From Alkalispirochaeta sp. (lineage in GTDB: Bacteria; Spirochaetota; Spirochaetia; DSM-27196; Alkalispirochaetaceae), in NCBI GenBank assembly GCA_965601925.1, contig OZ271854.1, forward strand, positions 3,904,001-3,968,000: a DNA stretch of 64,000 bases, given 5' to 3'. The number at the start of each line of letters is the position of its first letter. The stretch's first letter is position 1. The notes beneath the pieces were generated by a model. It had not been told where the DNA came from. It worked only from the letters and a program-made list of their open reading frames with translations, and made no database searches. Below, piece after piece: positions 59,262 through 64,000 of the stretch. The translations under genes and the position numbers were made by a program.

Positions 59262-60804
59262 CAACAGTATCGACCGTGAGATACCGGCGAAGATCGGCCG
59301 CTTTTCGAACCTCAAGCCCTTTCAGGGAGCGGTAGAGAACACACCGCTCATCCGGCGGCGAAAGGGCGATCGCAGCGCGCCGCGTCTTAACAAACTCGTC
59401 GACACCGTCGAGCAGGCGGTGCTTAAATCGGGTCTCAAAGATGGTATGACGATCTCGTTTCACCACCATTTCCGCAACGGTGACCGCGTGGTGAACATGG
59501 TGATGGACGTAATCGCCAACCTGGGTATCAAGGACCTGACGGTGGCGAGCTCGTCCCTCACCGGCGTGCACGACGAGTTGATTCGCCATATCGAGAGTAA
59601 GGTCATCACGCGCATCTACACCAGCGGCCTGCGCGGCGATTTGGCAGGTGCGATCTCCTGCGGGCTCATGGACGAACCGGTGGTCTTCCATTCCCACGGC
59701 GGGCGTGCCCGGGCGATCGAGACGGGGCAGATCACGATCGATGTCGCCTTTCTCGGTGTGCCCTCCTGCGATGTGTACGGAAACGCCAACGGATTTACCG
59801 GCGACTCCGCCTGCGGCGCCCTCGGCTACGCGATCGTCGACGCCAACCACGCCGATACCGTGGTACTTCTGACCGACAATCTCGTCGAGTATCCCAATAC
59901 GCCGTTCAGCATCGATCAGGATCTGGTGGATCATATCGTGACGGTCGATTCGGTCGGCGACGCGTCCAAGATCGCAACCGGAGCGACGCGGATCACCACT
60001 AACCCCAAAGACCTTCTGATCGCCCAAAACGCGGCGGACGTCATCGCCTACTCGCCCTACTTCGAAGACGGTTTCTCGCTCCAAACCGGCTCCGGCGGCG
60101 CCTCCCTCGCGACGACGCGTTACCTCACCGAGCATATGGAGCAACGCGGCGTAACGGCGAGCTGGGCCCTGGGCGGTATCACCAGCCAGATGGTCGCCAT
60201 GCACGAGGCGGGGCTGATAAAACGGCTTTTGGACGTGCAGAGCTTCGACCTCGACGCCATCCGATCGATTGCACGAAATCCGCTGCACACCGAGATCGAC
60301 GCGTCGTTTTACGCCAATCCGCTCAACAAAGGGTGTGCAGTGAACAAGCTCAACGTCGTCGTGTTGAGCGCGCTGGAGATCGATGTCGACTTCAACGTCA
60401 ACGTACTAACCGGTTCCGACGGCACCATTATGGGTGCGTCGGGCGGGCACTCCGACACGGCGATCGGCTCCGGTCTCTCGATCGTAGTGGCGCCGCTCAT
60501 TCGCGGCCGCATTGCGACGGTGGTCGACCGCGTCATCACCGTCATTACACCCGGCGAGTCAGTCGACATTTTGGTCACCGACCGCGGTATCGCGATCAAC
60601 CCCCGCCGTCCCGATCTCATCACCCATTTTCGAGGTAGCTCGCTTCCGATCTTTACGATTCAGGAGTTGAAGGAGCGGGCCGAGCACGTTGCAGGCCGTC
60701 CGGAGCCGCTGGTGTTCGAAGATCGGATCGTCGGATTGGTCGAATACCGCGACGGCACGATTATCGACGTGATACGAAGCGTTCCGGTTTACTGCGAGAG
60801 TTAG
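59254..60804 (+). CDS. citF: Citrate lyase alpha subunit (citrate:acetyl-ACP transferase)
   Basis: GMTISFHHHFRNGD, SHGGRARAI, QTGSGGASLA, DVQSFD, GASGGHSDTA, VEYRDGTIIDV. Confidence 0.97.
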   Translation: MASNSIDREIPAKIGRFSNLKPFQGAVENTPLIRRRKGDRSAPRLNKLVDTVEQAVLKSGLKDGMTISFHHHFRNGDRVVNMVMDVIANLGIKDLTVASSSLTGVHDELIRHIESKVITRIYTSGLRGDLAGAISCGLMDEPVVFHSHGGRARAIETGQITIDVAFLGVPSCDVYGNANGFTGDSACGALGYAIVDANHADTVVLLTDNLVEYPNTPFSIDQDLVDHIVTVDSVGDASKIATGATRITTNPKDLLIAQNAADVIAYSPYFEDGFSLQTGSGGASLATTRYLTEHMEQRGVTASWALGGITSQMVAMHEAGLIKRLLDVQSFDLDAIRSIARNPLHTEIDASFYANPLNKGCAVNKLNVVVLSALEIDVDFNVNVLTGSDGTIMGASGGHSDTAIGSGLSIVVAPLIRGRIATVVDRVITVITPGESVDILVTDRGIAINPRRPDLITHFRGSSLPIFTIQELKERAEHVAGRPEPLVFEDRIVGLVEYRDGTIIDVIRSVPVYCES

Positions 60805-60846
60805 CGCAGCGTAGATGCGCATCAAATACATTAGGGAGGTTTCACA

Positions 60847-61839
60847 ATGAGACGATTGGGAGTGTGTATGCTGATCACCCTCGTGGCGATCGGTGCCGTA
60901 TGGGCCGAGGGCCAGAACGAAGGCGGCGCGGGATATCCTCGCGGTGCGCTTGATTTTGTCGCTCCCGGCGGGGCCGGCGGCGGCTGGGATCTCACGATTC
61001 GGACTACCGCGAACGTACTGGCCGACAGCGGCTTGGTCGACGCGCCGATGCCGGTACGCAACAATCCCGGTGCGGGCGGATCGGTTCATCTTGCGAGTCT
61101 GCAGGAGCGACCCGACGCCGATAACATCATCACCGTATACTCGCCGCCGCTTATTCTTACCCAGTTGGCCGGTACTTCGGAGTTCGGATATCAAGACGTG
61201 ACGCCCCTCGCACGATTGATCGCCGACTACGCGGTCTTCGTCGTTCGAGACGATTCTCCGTTCCAAACGATGGTCGACGTGATGGAGGCCCTCGAGGCCG
61301 ATATCAAGGGCGTCAAGATCGGCGGTACGTCCTCGGCCGGATCGATGGATCATCTTCAATTTCTTATTATGGCTCGAGCCGCAGGCATTACGGACTTACG
61401 CGAGATCGACTACGTCAGCTTCGACGACGGCGGATCGGCGATGGTCATGGGTGGGCACATCGACATCTTTTCCACCGGCCTCTCGGAGGTACGCGGTTTG
61501 ATCGAGAGCGGCGACCTGCGCGCTCTGGCGCAGTCCGCTCCCCATCGAGTTGGGGCGGGAATCGTCGCTCAGATTCCCACGACCGTGGAGCAGGGAATCG
61601 ATGCGACCTTCGTGAACTGGCGCGGTCTATTCGGTCCTCCCCAGATGCCCGACTATGCGGTCGAGTACTGGCGCGAGACGTTGGCGGCCATGGTGCAGAC
61701 CCCGGAATGGGACACGGCGCGCCTCACAAACGGGTGGGACGACGCGTACATGGACGGTCCCGAGTTCGGTGAGTTCTTGGCCGAGGTGGATACCGAGTAC
61801 CGCACTATCCTCGCCGAAATCGGCATGTTGGCGAATTAA
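60847..61839 (+). CDS. tctC: Tripartite tricarboxylate transporter substrate-binding protein
   Basis: PGGAGGGWDLTIR, NNPGAGG, GSMDHL, NWRGLFGPP; signal peptide. Confidence 0.94.
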   Translation: MRRLGVCMLITLVAIGAVWAEGQNEGGAGYPRGALDFVAPGGAGGGWDLTIRTTANVLADSGLVDAPMPVRNNPGAGGSVHLASLQERPDADNIITVYSPPLILTQLAGTSEFGYQDVTPLARLIADYAVFVVRDDSPFQTMVDVMEALEADIKGVKIGGTSSAGSMDHLQFLIMARAAGITDLREIDYVSFDDGGSAMVMGGHIDIFSTGLSEVRGLIESGDLRALAQSAPHRVGAGIVAQIPTTVEQGIDATFVNWRGLFGPPQMPDYAVEYWRETLAAMVQTPEWDTARLTNGWDDAYMDGPEFGEFLAEVDTEYRTILAEIGMLAN

Positions 61840-61863
61840 CTCGCCGCGATACGCGCGACGTAT

Positions 61864-61895
61864 GGGCGGCATCCCGCGCGATGCCGCCCGCTTTT
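61864..61895 (+). terminator. Hairpin plus T-run between tctC and tctB
   Basis: GGGCGGCATC-N6-GATGCCGCCC followed by GCTTTT. Confidence 0.55.
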
Positions 61896-61909
61896 CAGGA
61901 GTACTATCT

Positions 61910-62374
61910 ATGACTATCACGACGATATCGGGAATCGTATCGCTGGCGGTCGGTATCACCTTTGCGATGATGGCGTTCAGCTTGCCGGATGCGAGTATCG
62001 GTATCCCCTTCGCACCAAAAGTATTTCCCGCCGGACTCGGCATTCTCATGATCGTCTTGTCGATCGTGCAAATCTCCAAAGAGACGCTCCGTGTCCGCCG
62101 AACCGCAGAACCGGTCGCCCGAGGTCGGGATCCTTATGTACGCAAGATCCTCCTTTCCTGCGTATTCGCGCTCGTATACGCGATGCTTTTTGACCGGATC
62201 GGATACGTACTGTCGACGGTATTCTTCTTGGAAGCCGAATTATGGCTCTTTAACGGCCGCGAGCACTGGAAAACGAACACCCTCGTCGCGGTGATCTTCA
62301 GCATCGCGGTGTACGTGCTTTTTTCGCAAATCCTGGGCGTCTACCTGCCCCGTACGCCCATCATCTGGATATAG
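61910..62374 (+). CDS. tctB: Tripartite tricarboxylate transporter small membrane subunit
   Basis: Four transmembrane segments, PKVFP, IGYVLST, LGVYLP; AGGAG ribosome-binding site before the ATG at 61910. Confidence 0.9.
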   Translation: MTITTISGIVSLAVGITFAMMAFSLPDASIGIPFAPKVFPAGLGILMIVLSIVQISKETLRVRRTAEPVARGRDPYVRKILLSCVFALVYAMLFDRIGYVLSTVFFLEAELWLFNGREHWKTNTLVAVIFSIAVYVLFSQILGVYLPRTPIIWI

Positions 62375-62383
62375 GAGATCGCG

Positions 62384-63886
62384 ATGGAAACGATTCAACT
62401 ATTGACGGAGGGCCTCAGCGTCGCGGCTCACCCGATCAATCTCATGTGGGTTACGATCGGGGGTATATTGGGGACCCTCATCGGTATGTTACCCGGCCTC
62501 GGACCGGCGACCGGTGTGGCGGTACTTCTTCCCATGACCTTCGTGCTCGGCCCGCAGGCGTCGTTGATCACTATGGCCGGGGTCTACTACGGCGCCATGT
62601 ACGGCGGGTCGCGCTCCTCGATCCTCATTAACACGCCCGGCGCCGGTGCGGCGGTCGCCGCAACCTTCGACGGATATCCGATGACCCTCAAGGGGCGCGC
62701 CGAAGCCGCTCTCGCGATCTCCGCAATCGCATCGTTTATCGGCGGCATCATCGCAACGGTGATTATGGTCGCCGTCGCGCTACCGGTCGCCCGATTCGCC
62801 CTACACTTCGGTCCGGCGGAGTACTTCATGCTCTTCGTCTTTGCCCTGTCGGCCACCGCATCGATGAGCAAGGGGGACACGATCAAGGGCTTCATCGCCA
62901 CTACCCTGGGACTCATGATCTCTTCGATCGGGATTGACGGGCAGTCGGGAGTCAAGCGATTCACCTTCGGAGTATTGGAGTTGGAGGCGGGCATCGACTT
63001 TCTCGTCGTGATTATCGCGGTGTACGCCTTGGGCGAAGTCTTTAAGAGCTTTCAGGGCATCGCCGAAGGTACCAAGAAGGCGCAAACGAAGTTCGGGCGT
63101 ATCTGGATCACTCGCGAGGATTGGCGTCGGTCGGTGTGGCCCATTCTGCGATCCGCTCCGTTCGGATTCTTCATCGGCGCTCTGCCGGGCGCCGGGGGTA
63201 CGATGGCGGCGCTCCTCTCCTACAGCAATGAGCGACAGATTTCCAAGCACCCCGAGGAGTTCGGCGAGGGCGCGATTGAGGGAGTCGCGGCGCCCGAATC
63301 GGCCAACAACGCCGCATCGGTCGGTGCCATGATACCGATGCTCACCCTCGGTATTCCCGGCTCCGGCACGACCGCGGTCATGATGGGGGCGCTCCTCATG
63401 CTCGGTTTGCAACCCGGTCCGATGCTCTTCGAGCAACAGTCGGCGATCGTATGGACGCTTATCGCCAGTATGTTCTTCGGGAATATCATTTTGGCCTTTG
63501 TAAACATACCGATGGCCGGCGCACTGGTACGCGTATTGGCGGTGCCTCCGAAGATTCTCTATCCCATCGTGATGGGGCTCGCGTTTGTCGGTACGTACGC
63601 GATCAGCTACAGTATCGTCGATTTCTATCTGTTGATTATTTTCGGTATTCTCGGATTCTTCATGGCGAAGGCGAAGATACCGACTACACCGCTTATACTG
63701 GCGGTGATCGTGGGTAATAACATGGAACAGTCGTTTCGGCGGGCGTATACGATCGCCAACGGCGACCTCGCCATCTTTTTCGGCTCCCCTCTTGCCGTCG
63801 TGCTCTTCGCCTTGACGCTGCTGTCGATCTTCGGGCCGATGATAACCCATGTCATTCGTACGCGAGCGAAGGCCCAAACGGCGTAA
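62384..63886 (+). CDS. tctA: Tripartite tricarboxylate transporter large membrane subunit
   Basis: GMLPGLG, YYGAMYGGS, NTPG, DGYPM, APESANNA, PMLTLGIPG, GLQPGP. Confidence 0.96.
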   Translation: METIQLLTEGLSVAAHPINLMWVTIGGILGTLIGMLPGLGPATGVAVLLPMTFVLGPQASLITMAGVYYGAMYGGSRSSILINTPGAGAAVAATFDGYPMTLKGRAEAALAISAIASFIGGIIATVIMVAVALPVARFALHFGPAEYFMLFVFALSATASMSKGDTIKGFIATTLGLMISSIGIDGQSGVKRFTFGVLELEAGIDFLVVIIAVYALGEVFKSFQGIAEGTKKAQTKFGRIWITREDWRRSVWPILRSAPFGFFIGALPGAGGTMAALLSYSNERQISKHPEEFGEGAIEGVAAPESANNAASVGAMIPMLTLGIPGSGTTAVMMGALLMLGLQPGPMLFEQQSAIVWTLIASMFFGNIILAFVNIPMAGALVRVLAVPPKILYPIVMGLAFVGTYAISYSIVDFYLLIIFGILGFFMAKAKIPTTPLILAVIVGNNMEQSFRRAYTIANGDLAIFFGSPLAVVLFALTLLSIFGPMITHVIRTRAKAQTA

Positions 63887-64000
63887 CGCTCGCGCATGCG
63901 CGACGACGCGTCGCACGGCACCGTCACCGGCGACCGTCGGTGATCTGGCGCATCGTGCCATGCTCGCCGAGTTGGAGGTCACACCCAAACCGGGTCTTGT
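63849..64000 (+). CDS. citG: Triphosphoribosyl-dephospho-CoA synthase, N-terminal part (runs off the window)
   Basis: Hand translation from the ATG at 63849: ...VGDLAHRAMLAELEVTPKPGL, matching the CitG/MdcB ExxxTPKPGLV motif. Not in the ORF track; start uncertain. Confidence 0.85.
   Translation, partial: MSFVRERRPKRRNARACATTRRTAPSPATVGDLAHRAMLAELEVTPKPGL

Noticed and set aside
1..64000. tRNA, rRNA, CRISPR array, integrase/transposase or anti-phage defence genes
   Set aside because: None recognised; nearly all of the sequence is accounted for by protein-coding genes and short intergenic regions.

Overview
A GC-rich bacterial chromosome segment, most likely from a free-living spirochaete. This rests on uvrA-lptD synteny, a spirochaete-type V/A-ATPase operon (E-C-A-B-D-I-K) and 'FAxG'-type signal peptides; the acidic proteins and a Na+-type K subunit suggest a salt-adapted organism. 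Most of the window is housekeeping: LptD-like protein (partial, missing from the ORF track), uvrA, V-ATPase, mutS2, rsgA, murI, two RluA-family enzymes, yggS/pdxST, crtB/crtE, ilvBN-leuCD-ilvD, glnS, HD protein, J-domain protein, CpdA-like protein, SpoU methylase, SixA, M18 peptidase and GDPD. Two accessory modules stand out. (1) A more AT-rich sugar/polyol catabolic locus at about 34.0-44.2 kb: YjbQ, a catalytically degenerate HAD protein and an FGGY kinase, divergent from a DeoR regulator, an LsrB/RhaS-like ABC importer and DhaK/DhaL, with no recognisable isomerase, aldolase, dehydrogenase or DhaM. (2) A citrate-lyase operon (citCDEF-tctCBA-citG) directly downstream of a beta-propeller (Reg_prop/Y_Y_Y) sensor kinase and a NarL-type regulator. 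That regulator appears to start at ATT, and tandem inverted repeats abut the citC promoter. A -10-like hexamer exactly 6 nt before many start codons suggests widespread leaderless transcription. I saw no rRNA, tRNA, CRISPR array or intact mobile element. All calls come from reading motifs by eye; no database searches were run.
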